Source of the DNA: a virus
Taxonomy: Duplodnaviria > Caudoviricetes
Length of the DNA: 64,000 bases
IMG/VR virus record: IMGVR_UViG_3300047561_001243
Span: 1-64,000 of that record
Strand: one strand, 5' to 3'
In this document: positions 47,860 to 55,870 of the stretch, piece by piece
How the letters are laid out: every line of letters starts with the position of its first letter
Numbering within the stretch: position 1 is the stretch's first letter
Made by a program: the position numbers and the translations under genes
The notes under the pieces: generated by a model
The model's database searches: none
The model's input: only the letters and a program-made list of their open reading frames with translations
What the model was told of the DNA's origin: nothing

Positions 47860-48038
47860 TTGAAGATTCCGACAAAAATGAATTTTTTATTTGGCTTAAC
47901 AACGGAATAGCTCGAGGTTGGGTAACAGAACCTTTCTGTTGTACTCATGATGGCGGCCCCATAACAGATGAAGAATACGCAGCAATGGACGAAGGCGACG
48001 ATATCTGTTTTTCACACATTAAAATACTGGAGGACTAA
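47856..48038 (+). CDS. Small hypothetical protein
   Basis: ATGA overlap; CCTHDGGP...DDIC. Confidence 0.55.
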   Translation: MIEDSDKNEFFIWLNNGIARGWVTEPFCCTHDGGPITDEEYAAMDEGDDICFSHIKILED

Positions 48039-48293
48039 ATGGCATACGCATTTGCAGGAACAGCTAAAAAAACATCTGACAACGATTTACGTCAAAGTGG
48101 GTATATGACACCCGATGAGTTTGTTGACGCACTAACGCCAGGTTTAAAAGAATACATGAACAGTAATTGGGGCCGAAACGGTCAGCTAATGCATCCTGAA
48201 GATTTGGCTACAACAGCTTCAATTTACATGGAGGTCGCATATCGAGTAATAGCCGATATGTATACAGCGTGGCAAAACCAATACGACAACTAA
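48039..48293 (+). CDS. Hypothetical protein
   Basis: GGAGG RBS. Confidence 0.55.
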   Translation: MAYAFAGTAKKTSDNDLRQSGYMTPDEFVDALTPGLKEYMNSNWGRNGQLMHPEDLATTASIYMEVAYRVIADMYTAWQNQYDN

Positions 48294-48481
48294 AACCAGA
48301 TTACTCGGGCAACCTTGACCACGCAGAAGAGGTTCGCCATGAGTGCTGTTGTGGTTCATTTTTGTGGACTTTGAAGGCTAGTTTTGATGATTATGAGCTA
48401 GCTTCATACTTTATAGATATGGAGTGTGCAGTTTGTGGCAGCTTTGCCAAAGCCCCAACACCCCTAGATAAACCTTTTTAA
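48269..48481 (+). CDS. Small zinc-ribbon-like protein
   Basis: ECCCGS...MECAVCGS. Confidence 0.55.
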   Translation: MAKPIRQLKPDYSGNLDHAEEVRHECCCGSFLWTLKASFDDYELASYFIDMECAVCGSFAKAPTPLDKPF

Positions 48482-48547
48482 CCAGACATAAAAAATTGTT
48501 GTTGTCATACTAATAGTCCAAACACTAGGACTACAAAAAGGACCACA

Positions 48548-48835
48548 ATGACATCGGACATCAAAGATAACGCCGAACAGTTTTTACGGGTATCGGCTAG
48601 CTCAAATCCTCAATCAGTAGCATCAGCTATAGCTCATAGCATTTATGACACCAAAACAGCCAAGATTCGCGCAGTAGGCGCAGGAGCTGTAAATCAAGCA
48701 GTTAAAGCAATTGCGATTGCCCGTGGCTACACCGCGCCACGAGGAATGGACTTAATTTGCATCCCTGGTTTTGCAAGTATTGAGAGCCATGATGGTCAAA
48801 TTAGTGCCGTTGTATTTGCCATAGAGGTACGTTAA
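48548..48835 (+). CDS. spoVS: SpoVS-family (Alba-like) protein
   Basis: LRVSASSNPQSVASAIA...AVGAGAVNQAVKAIAIARG..AP.G.DLICIP closely follows Bacillus SpoVS. Confidence 0.9.
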   Translation: MTSDIKDNAEQFLRVSASSNPQSVASAIAHSIYDTKTAKIRAVGAGAVNQAVKAIAIARGYTAPRGMDLICIPGFASIESHDGQISAVVFAIEVR

Positions 48836-48895
48836 GACTGTATTTTTCTGTAAAAAACCCTATTCTGTATTAAACCTTAGGCCAAAGGAAACCAA

Positions 48896-49225
48896 ATGAA
48901 AAAAGATTCAACAAAGAATCCAAACACATTAGCAACGGAGCATGCTCCAGACATTGCTACAAATGTGAAAGCACCAAAGCCTGAAAAAGGCAAGCTTATG
49001 AAAAAGGGCAACACTGCATCAGGTGGAGCAACAGGAGTAGCTGGCGGGCGCAAGCACGGCGGTAAATTAACTTCAGGCGCACGTTACGGTATCAGTGTTA
49101 AGTTGTCAGGTGGCACAGCTCCAGAAGCTGGTGCAACACAGAGCAACGGACGCATCATTGCCCCTTCAATAAACCGCACACGTCCTAATTTTCAGGACGG
49201 TATGGCTGGCGACACAGCCCGATAA
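48896..49225 (+). CDS. Basic low-complexity hypothetical protein
   Basis: AAAGGA RBS; Lys/Gly-rich. Confidence 0.6.
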   Translation: MKKDSTKNPNTLATEHAPDIATNVKAPKPEKGKLMKKGNTASGGATGVAGGRKHGGKLTSGARYGISVKLSGGTAPEAGATQSNGRIIAPSINRTRPNFQDGMAGDTAR

Positions 49226-49228
49226 AAA

Positions 49229-49768
49229 ATGCCTAGCGCACATCAAAATGTTCAGTCGCTAGGTGCTGGTGGTTTATACGGAACTAACACTACTTACGGT
49301 GGTGGCGGAGTCCCAGTTGCTCGTTCAGAACTTGACTTCCTTCGCTTAGGTGTAGGTAGAGAACCTTCCGCAGAATACCCAGACGGCTATCTAGGAACAA
49401 TCCGCTCACGACGCGACGACCGCGGCCGTGCTAATAGTGGTTCCGAAAGACTTTTACAAGGCGTACAAACACGCGTAACACAGCGTAGTTATCAACGTGG
49501 AGTTCATCGCGGCGAGCGCATTGACCAATCAGATTATTACTATCCAGATAACTTACGACCTGACCGTGGCATTAAACGTCAGATGCGTAGTGCACAAGTA
49601 GGAAACGTGTGGCAAAGCAAACGTAACGCTATCAATCCTGATTTAGTGCCAGCACCACACTTAGTAAATGATGGAAAAGCAGGACCAGCAGCAAAAGGTT
49701 CTGCACCAGGTGAAATCGACAAACGACGTGCAGACCAATGGGCACGCATGAGACCGAACGCGAGATAA
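49229..49768 (+). CDS. Arg-rich hypothetical protein
   Basis: 179-aa ORF in a tightly packed operon. Confidence 0.65.
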   Translation: MPSAHQNVQSLGAGGLYGTNTTYGGGGVPVARSELDFLRLGVGREPSAEYPDGYLGTIRSRRDDRGRANSGSERLLQGVQTRVTQRSYQRGVHRGERIDQSDYYYPDNLRPDRGIKRQMRSAQVGNVWQSKRNAINPDLVPAPHLVNDGKAGPAAKGSAPGEIDKRRADQWARMRPNAR

Positions 49769-49770
49769 CT

Positions 49771-50064
49771 ATGTTAGGTAAAGCATTAGGTATGGCAGCT
49801 AAAGGTGCTGTTGCAGGTGTCAAAGCAGCAAAAGCTGGTGGTGATGCACGAGCAGTTACTAAAGCATCAATTCATGGTGCAGGAGTTCCACAAGTAGGTG
49901 GAGCCGTAGATAAAGCTGTTGACTGGGGATTCAATAATGCCCCTATGGCTATGGACGCAGCAAAACGTCAAGCACCAGTTATTGCAGACCGTGCAAAAGG
50001 AATGGCACAAGGAATTTCAGATAAGTTGCGCGACGGAACAACTCCTAAACCTTTGGATTGGTAG
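49771..50064 (+). CDS. Ala/Lys-rich hypothetical protein
   Basis: Start moved to the ATG just after the upstream stop. Confidence 0.55.
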   Translation: MLGKALGMAAKGAVAGVKAAKAGGDARAVTKASIHGAGVPQVGGAVDKAVDWGFNNAPMAMDAAKRQAPVIADRAKGMAQGISDKLRDGTTPKPLDW

Positions 50065-50067
50065 TAA

Positions 50068-50421
50068 ATGCCAAACATGCCAGACGGTGTTTATAACCGT
50101 AAACCTTGGGTAGCACCACTTGAATCCGCATACCCGCCGCAAGAATATCTTGGACCTTTTGCAAGCAATCAAGAACGCCTTCTATCTCAAGCGCTTGCTT
50201 CCCAGACTATGTTAGATGCGGAAATACAAGAATACGTGCGACCACCACTTCCACAAATTGAACTTTTCCCAGCTCGTTATGGGTATGTCACCACAGAGTA
50301 CGGAATTAATGACATCATTGAGGTATCAGGACGGGTACCGCAGCGTAATGAGACTGACTATAGCCAGACTCCTAACACCCAGGAATCCACTAGCCGTAAC
50401 ACTCTAGGAGGTTCAATCTAA
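50068..50421 (+). CDS. Hypothetical protein
   Basis: Operon packing. Confidence 0.6.
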   Translation: MPNMPDGVYNRKPWVAPLESAYPPQEYLGPFASNQERLLSQALASQTMLDAEIQEYVRPPLPQIELFPARYGYVTTEYGINDIIEVSGRVPQRNETDYSQTPNTQESTSRNTLGGSI

Positions 50422-50654
50422 TGGCGATTGACGACCCCCGCCTGATGACAGACTCCACAGGAGAAGGTATGGCAGGAGCCACTGACGTGCGCTACTCCAC
50501 ACAACAAGAATTAAAACGAACCATGTACAACGGTTCCAAGTCTTGCAAGAATTGTGGTTACTCAATGACTCCAGTTCAAGCATTACTAAAAGATTTATGT
50601 CCATCTTGCACTAGACGTAGTGCACAGAACCGAGTGAAAGGCCGAATGGCATGA
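50421..50654 (+). CDS. Small zinc-ribbon-like protein
   Basis: CKNCG...CPSC; GGAGG RBS. Confidence 0.6.
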   Translation: MAIDDPRLMTDSTGEGMAGATDVRYSTQQELKRTMYNGSKSCKNCGYSMTPVQALLKDLCPSCTRRSAQNRVKGRMA

Positions 50655-50857
50655 CAGTACGCAAAGCACGCTCAGAGAACGCATCAATGTTGGAGGGCGC
50701 AACTGACGGTAAGTACCGTAAGCGTCGCCCAAATACAACAGTTGCACCAGGAATGGGTGACCAAAAGGTTGTACAAAACCGTCAAGGTCTACACCCATAC
50801 ATGAACTATGGCTTCATTAACAGTGAAGAACCAGCAAAGGTTAATCCAGGAGCATAA
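50651..50857 (+). CDS. Small basic hypothetical protein
   Basis: ATGA overlap. Confidence 0.6.
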   Translation: MTVRKARSENASMLEGATDGKYRKRRPNTTVAPGMGDQKVVQNRQGLHPYMNYGFINSEEPAKVNPGA

Positions 50858-50859
50858 CC

Positions 50860-51120
50860 ATGGCTGTTAAAGACCGTGCCAACGACCCTAAGCGCGTACC
50901 AAAAATAAAAGTTGAAGGTGCGGCAGGTCCTAAAGCCAAAAAGTTTAATGGCGGTAAAAACCGTGAAAAGTTTATTGCTGATGTGCAAACAGGAAAAGTC
51001 GACAAAATAGGTGCAGGTGGTACGTGGACAACACAACCATCTGATTTATATTCAGTTCCACGTAGTGAAACAGGTTACGTTGGAAAAGTTACCCGTAGAG
51101 GAAGTGCAGCTAATGGCTAA
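50860..51120 (+). CDS. Small basic hypothetical protein
   Basis: AGGAG RBS. Confidence 0.55.
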   Translation: MAVKDRANDPKRVPKIKVEGAAGPKAKKFNGGKNREKFIADVQTGKVDKIGAGGTWTTQPSDLYSVPRSETGYVGKVTRRGSAANG

Positions 51121-51811
51121 GAAACCAACCCCACCAATTTCGTTTCCACGTGAAAAAGCTGAAAAGCCTGCACCAAAAGGAAAAGTAACTGTTGCCCGCC
51201 CTGGCAGTAAAGAAGCCAGAGCTATTGCTGGAAAAAGCCAAGCAAAGCTAATTGGCTTAACCGCACCAGCCGATAGCGAGAACACACCTCAGCATAAGCA
51301 AAACAAGCGTGACGGCTTTACAACAAACGTTCGCACTCACGGTGCACCAAAGTATGTATCTAACAGCTTGGGTAAAGGTACACAAACTGTACGCCCAAGC
51401 GACGCTCAACTAGAAGGACACCAATCAGTTGGAGCAGAAGCAAGTCGTTCAGCCGAACTTCCTAAAGGCAAGAACAATCCAATTTTTACTGCTGGCTCAC
51501 CAGAACAAAAAGCTGCTAACGCTCACCACGATGACCCAATGTCGAAATCAACAAGCCCACTATTGCGCGAAAAATATCGCAAAATGGCTGACTTAACACA
51601 CAAATTTGTTTCATCTACTAAGCCAGCAGAAAAAGAAGCTCACCGTGCAGCTTTTCACGCTTTGAGCGGTGGTAAGCGTACTAATGGTCTTGCTGGCCCG
51701 TGTTCAACAGGTGGTTGCACCCGCACAACCGATAGCAACACTGGCTCCTGTGAAGGCGGAAAATGTAATGTTGAAACACCTGCATCCGTAGGAGCTCGTC
51801 CAAGAGGATAA
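51113..51811 (+). CDS. Basic disordered protein with a Cys-rich tail
   Basis: Start moved to MAKKPT; four Cys near the C-terminus. Confidence 0.55.
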   Translation: MAKKPTPPISFPREKAEKPAPKGKVTVARPGSKEARAIAGKSQAKLIGLTAPADSENTPQHKQNKRDGFTTNVRTHGAPKYVSNSLGKGTQTVRPSDAQLEGHQSVGAEASRSAELPKGKNNPIFTAGSPEQKAANAHHDDPMSKSTSPLLREKYRKMADLTHKFVSSTKPAEKEAHRAAFHALSGGKRTNGLAGPCSTGGCTRTTDSNTGSCEGGKCNVETPASVGARPRG

Positions 51812-51853
51812 CTGCTAGACTGCATTACCCCGTAACACTAATAGGAGCATAAA

Positions 51854-52384
51854 TTGGCAGATATTAAAGACATAGCTCATAAAGAGTTAAAAGAACCACA
51901 GATTCGATTGCTTGTTTGTCGTACCTGTAAATCAGCCGAAGAACTGCCAGACCACGAAGGTCGACCAGAAGACGACGTACTACTTAACATCACTGTAGAG
52001 CGCCATCAAAAACCAGAACCACACGTAGGTTTACTATTTAAATTTCCAGTCAAGTACTGGGCTCGTAAAGACGTAAAAGAATCCATCATGAAGCAAATTC
52101 AAGAGGGGTCCTCGGGTCTTGACGTATTTGGTACTAACTTCTATGAGACCAAATCAACTTTCCAAGAAGACGCTATGAAGTGTTTTAGCCTGCACCTTCG
52201 CCCATCAGCGGGTTGTTCAGATTACAAGGTAAGCAGCAAAGAATTAAAACCTGGAACAGAGAAAGACCGTCGTAAAGAAGGCCTTGGTGCCAGCACAGCA
52301 GCAAAGGTTTTCTTATGTGACTTCTGCCCAGCCAAGATGCATTACCAAAAGAAATCGTTTGACTCCAAGGGATTATTTAAATGA
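51854..52384 (+). CDS. Putative Zn-binding protein
   Basis: AGGAG RBS; CRTC...H...H and C...H...C...CDFC. Confidence 0.6.
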   Translation: MADIKDIAHKELKEPQIRLLVCRTCKSAEELPDHEGRPEDDVLLNITVERHQKPEPHVGLLFKFPVKYWARKDVKESIMKQIQEGSSGLDVFGTNFYETKSTFQEDAMKCFSLHLRPSAGCSDYKVSSKELKPGTEKDRRKEGLGASTAAKVFLCDFCPAKMHYQKKSFDSKGLFK

Positions 52385-52650
52385 TTCAAGCAGAAACAGC
52401 TTTTATTGTTATTAAATCACAAGACGGTACCTATACGGCTATCACTGACCTTCAAGCTGAGCTAGAGGTTACCCGCCCAGCTTCAGAGTTAGATGTCAAA
52501 CGAGCCAGCCGAGAGCTAGCCGAAGCTGTCCAATTGAAGGATATTGCCCGAATTGTCGCATCTGTAATGACACAATCACCCCCAGATGATACTTCCAAAG
52601 TTGCCAGCGCTGTGAGACAATCGTTGTTGGAGAAGGGCCTTCTCCAGTAG
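52381..52650 (+). CDS. Hypothetical protein
   Basis: ATGA overlap. Confidence 0.55.
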   Translation: MIQAETAFIVIKSQDGTYTAITDLQAELEVTRPASELDVKRASRELAEAVQLKDIARIVASVMTQSPPDDTSKVASAVRQSLLEKGLLQ

Positions 52651-52665
52651 CTACAGGGGGCAAAA

Positions 52666-52872
52666 ATGTTTGTAGAGATGACTTGCAATTGTGGTGCATC
52701 ATTTCAAATGGATGTTGAGGCAGAAAATACTGTTTTGATGTTTGCACATAAATTTACAACTTCACACGAGTTGTGTGGATACATGACGCCAACGGCTTCA
52801 GACGTTTCTGAAAAAACAAAGCGGTATGATATTAGTTACCGCGAAAGAAAGAACGAGCCAGAGGAGATGTAG
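52666..52872 (+). CDS. Small Cys/His protein
   Basis: AGGGGG RBS; CNCG...H..CG. Confidence 0.55.
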   Translation: MFVEMTCNCGASFQMDVEAENTVLMFAHKFTTSHELCGYMTPTASDVSEKTKRYDISYRERKNEPEEM

Positions 52873-53801
52873 TGGATTACTACGAGGTGTTGGCCAACAA
52901 GGCGACTCCCGTAGAGTCACAACCTGGTGAGACGTCGTATTTCAGCGAGCCAGCAGCTGGCTTAGACCCACGACTATTTAGAAACGAGCGCCTGATTCCA
53001 GGGATTCGCTCAGCTATTTTATCTACCGCTTTCACCTACCTGTCCAGAGATTTTCAAGACCCAGAGTCTTGGTCCAATGTCTGGCTTGCTGGTTCTGGCG
53101 TATCTCGCCAATGGGCCGCCCATCGAGCCCCAGCAGATTTAGATTGCCTTATTGGAGTCGACTACGTAGCTTTCCGTCAATCTAATCTAAAGTACGTAGG
53201 TTTCAGCGACCAAGAGATTGCTTCAACCCTCAACGAAGGGTTTAGCACAGAGTTAAATAAAGATACATCTAATTTTATGGACACTTACGAATTAACTTTT
53301 TATGTAAATGTTCGAAGCAACATTGTCGACATTAAACCTTACGCAGCTTATTCACTTACAGCAGATGATTGGACTGTTACACCAGTTACCCAGCTACCAG
53401 CCCGCAAAAAAGATTGGGACCAGCGCGTAAGTGGTGATACTAATTTAGCATTAGCAATCATTGGTCGCTACCAGTCAGCTTTAAATACAATTACAGCAGC
53501 ACAAAACGATTCAGCAAGACGAAATGCAGAGGTGGCGTTAAAACTATCCATTTCACAAGGAGCGGCTTTATTTGACGAGATTCACCAAGGGCGCAAAACA
53601 GCATTTAGTCCATCAGGTGAGGGTTATTTAGACTATGCAAATTACCGATGGCAAGCTGGAAAAGAAAGTGGTAGCGTTCCAGCACTAAAACAATTAAAAG
53701 AAATTTCTAAAGAGACACAAAAAGAATTTGATGTTATGACCTACGGAATTGAGCTACCTGATGCTAGTGTTCTTATCCGCAGGGCTATAACAGGTCGCTA
53801 G
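52872..53801 (+). CDS. Pol-beta-superfamily nucleotidyltransferase
   Basis: WLAGSGVS...ADLDCLI (GS...DxD motif); GAGGAG RBS. Confidence 0.75.
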   Translation: MDYYEVLANKATPVESQPGETSYFSEPAAGLDPRLFRNERLIPGIRSAILSTAFTYLSRDFQDPESWSNVWLAGSGVSRQWAAHRAPADLDCLIGVDYVAFRQSNLKYVGFSDQEIASTLNEGFSTELNKDTSNFMDTYELTFYVNVRSNIVDIKPYAAYSLTADDWTVTPVTQLPARKKDWDQRVSGDTNLALAIIGRYQSALNTITAAQNDSARRNAEVALKLSISQGAALFDEIHQGRKTAFSPSGEGYLDYANYRWQAGKESGSVPALKQLKEISKETQKEFDVMTYGIELPDASVLIRRAITGR

Positions 53802-53823
53802 TTTTAATTAAACGGAGCATAAC

Positions 53824-54282
53824 ATGGGTGTATTGATGTCAGTTGATGGTGTACTGCGCAACCCTATTAATAACGCCCCAATCCGTGAAGGTTTTTATTT
53901 ATACCACCTTTTAAAATCACAGACTAAAGTTGTATTTTTATGTGATGACAGGGCATTTACGGATACTTTTTTACGGACAAATAAAGTTATTAACTTTGAT
54001 GCAATTGAGTCCACAGAAGATTTAGCACCTGGGGAAGACGCAATGATGCGATTAATCAAACGTCAAAGAGCCCAAGGTGCAGTTGAGTATGTAGTAACAG
54101 CCGACCTTTCCCTAGTTACACCCATGTTAGAGGCAGGTATAGCAGCTTTAGCATTTTGTATTCCAAGTTATTTAGACCATAAGTTTATGCCAGACAGCCG
54201 AGAAGGTAAAAAAACTTGGGGAGAAATAACCGCTGAGATTGAACGCCAACAAGACATGCTGGCACAGGATGGCCGTTTGTGA
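53824..54282 (+). CDS. HAD-like protein with a degenerate motif I
   Basis: VLMSVDGVLR where DxDGVL is expected. Confidence 0.55.
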   Translation: MGVLMSVDGVLRNPINNAPIREGFYLYHLLKSQTKVVFLCDDRAFTDTFLRTNKVINFDAIESTEDLAPGEDAMMRLIKRQRAQGAVEYVVTADLSLVTPMLEAGIAALAFCIPSYLDHKFMPDSREGKKTWGEITAEIERQQDMLAQDGRL

Positions 54283-55736
54283 GGCTGATTTACCTAGGAG
54301 CTGAGGTCCCATCTAATAGAGTTATCCTTGAAGAAGCTGGTGCTACCTATATGGGAGTCAGCTATCACCGTTTAGTAAAGCGGGGATTGCCAAAGACAAA
54401 AGCGTATTTATTAGAAAACTACTTTAATAATGCCACCAGCATATTTGTTCATGCTGGCGTTCCAAAACACGCCAAAATGACACAGGATGAACTAACCGCG
54501 TTTGCCGCTGATTACGAAGAATTTATCATAGAGAACATACACAGGATTACCCTGTTTACAGAGTTCGACCACCCAGGACTAAGTACAGATTTTATACAGA
54601 ACCAGCGAAAAACCGTTTGGGCTGGAATGCCTCCATCTAAGTTCTTGCCCGTATGGCAAAGCGCTACAGGGCTTAACGGGTTAAAACAATTAGTCAATAG
54701 CTATCTAGATATTGGTATTCGTGGAGAAGATATAGAGGAACAGACCAGCCTTGCAGGGATAGTACAATCCAACATCCAACAACACGGTTCTAGATTCCAT
54801 GCCATAGGCTGTGCTAAACCCGACAACTTACGAAGTGTTAAGGTCGAAACCGCTAGCAGTATGGCGTGGCTATCACCCATGATGCGAGGCGAAACCATTG
54901 TGTGGGACGGTGGCAAAATAGTTCGATACCCAAGCAAAATGAAAGAGCAAGCTCGTCCTAGATACAAAGCGGTGTACGACAAAGCTGGGTTAGACTACGA
55001 CAAGATAATTGAAGACGACGCTAAAGAAGTATCCAAGTTAGCAATATGGTCATACGACCAGTTAGAGTTAAGGTTGATGATGACTGGAAATAACGGGAAC
55101 ATATCAGATATGAACGAGTGGGATGAAGTGGAGCAAAGTGGGGAAACTACCCCCGCTGTATCTGATAGGAGTGGGGTGCCGATGCGGAAAGTTGAGCCAC
55201 GAAATCCTGACGAAATGGGCAACTTACCAGTGTTTGGATACGCCCTAGATACCACGATAAGTAACGAAGGAGTCATTGAAGATGTCACTACAATCCATTC
55301 GCAAAGTAGTAGTTTGCGCCAGTGTAATACTTGTTTCGTTGCAAGTAATTGCCCAGCTTATAAGGTAGATAGCGCATGTGCATTTAAGTTACCAGTAGAA
55401 GTAAAGACTAAAGAACAACTAAAGAGTTTGATTAATGCAGTGATTGAAATGCAGGGTCAACGCGTTGCTTTTATGCGATTTGCAGAGGAAATCAACGGTG
55501 GATATGCAGACCCTAACGTTTCGCAAGAGATTGATAGGCTGTTTAAACTTATAAAAGTAACTAAAGAATTAGACGATTCACGCGAGTTTATTCGTATGAC
55601 CGTGGAGCGACAAGGAGGCGCTGGTGTGCTAAGTTCCATCTTCGGAGACAAAGCACAAGCGCTTAGAGAACTACCAGATGGTGGTCTAAATGAAGAGCAA
55701 ACTACCAAAATTATTAAGCAGGCAACAGAAGAATAA
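54279..55736 (+). CDS. TGT/DpdA-like TIM-barrel domain fused to a Cys-rich/helical domain
   Basis: Order of segments IFVHAG, YEEFI, TEFD, LPVW, IGI.G, FHAIG and ASSMAW parallels phage tRNA-guanine-transglycosylase-like proteins; CNTC-x5-C-x8-C near the C-terminus. Confidence 0.5.
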   Translation: MRLIYLGAEVPSNRVILEEAGATYMGVSYHRLVKRGLPKTKAYLLENYFNNATSIFVHAGVPKHAKMTQDELTAFAADYEEFIIENIHRITLFTEFDHPGLSTDFIQNQRKTVWAGMPPSKFLPVWQSATGLNGLKQLVNSYLDIGIRGEDIEEQTSLAGIVQSNIQQHGSRFHAIGCAKPDNLRSVKVETASSMAWLSPMMRGETIVWDGGKIVRYPSKMKEQARPRYKAVYDKAGLDYDKIIEDDAKEVSKLAIWSYDQLELRLMMTGNNGNISDMNEWDEVEQSGETTPAVSDRSGVPMRKVEPRNPDEMGNLPVFGYALDTTISNEGVIEDVTTIHSQSSSLRQCNTCFVASNCPAYKVDSACAFKLPVEVKTKEQLKSLINAVIEMQGQRVAFMRFAEEINGGYADPNVSQEIDRLFKLIKVTKELDDSREFIRMTVERQGGAGVLSSIFGDKAQALRELPDGGLNEEQTTKIIKQATEE

Positions 55737-55823
55737 CACTTAGAACATATCAGATAGGAAGGGGATAAGAAAGCAGAAAAAGCATCGGCGCTTGCCTATG
55801 TAATACAGCTATACTAATCAACC

Positions 55824-55851
55824 AATCCCGCACTCAACCAGCGGGATTTTT
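55824..55851 (+). terminator. Terminator-like hairpin in the nrdJ leader
   Basis: AATCCCGC-9 nt-GCGGGATT followed by TTT. Confidence 0.5.
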
Positions 55852-55870
55852 ACTTTACGCGATGAGGATA

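Noticed and set aside
54279-55736. Active 7-deazaguanine DNA modification (dpdA) system
   Set aside because: The catalytic Asp residues appear to be absent and no folE/queC/queD/queE is seen in this window; it cannot be excluded for the rest of the genome.
55737-55870. Cobalamin riboswitch or NrdR box upstream of nrdJ
   Set aside because: No recognisable B12 box or NrdR palindrome; the leader after the -10 element is too short.
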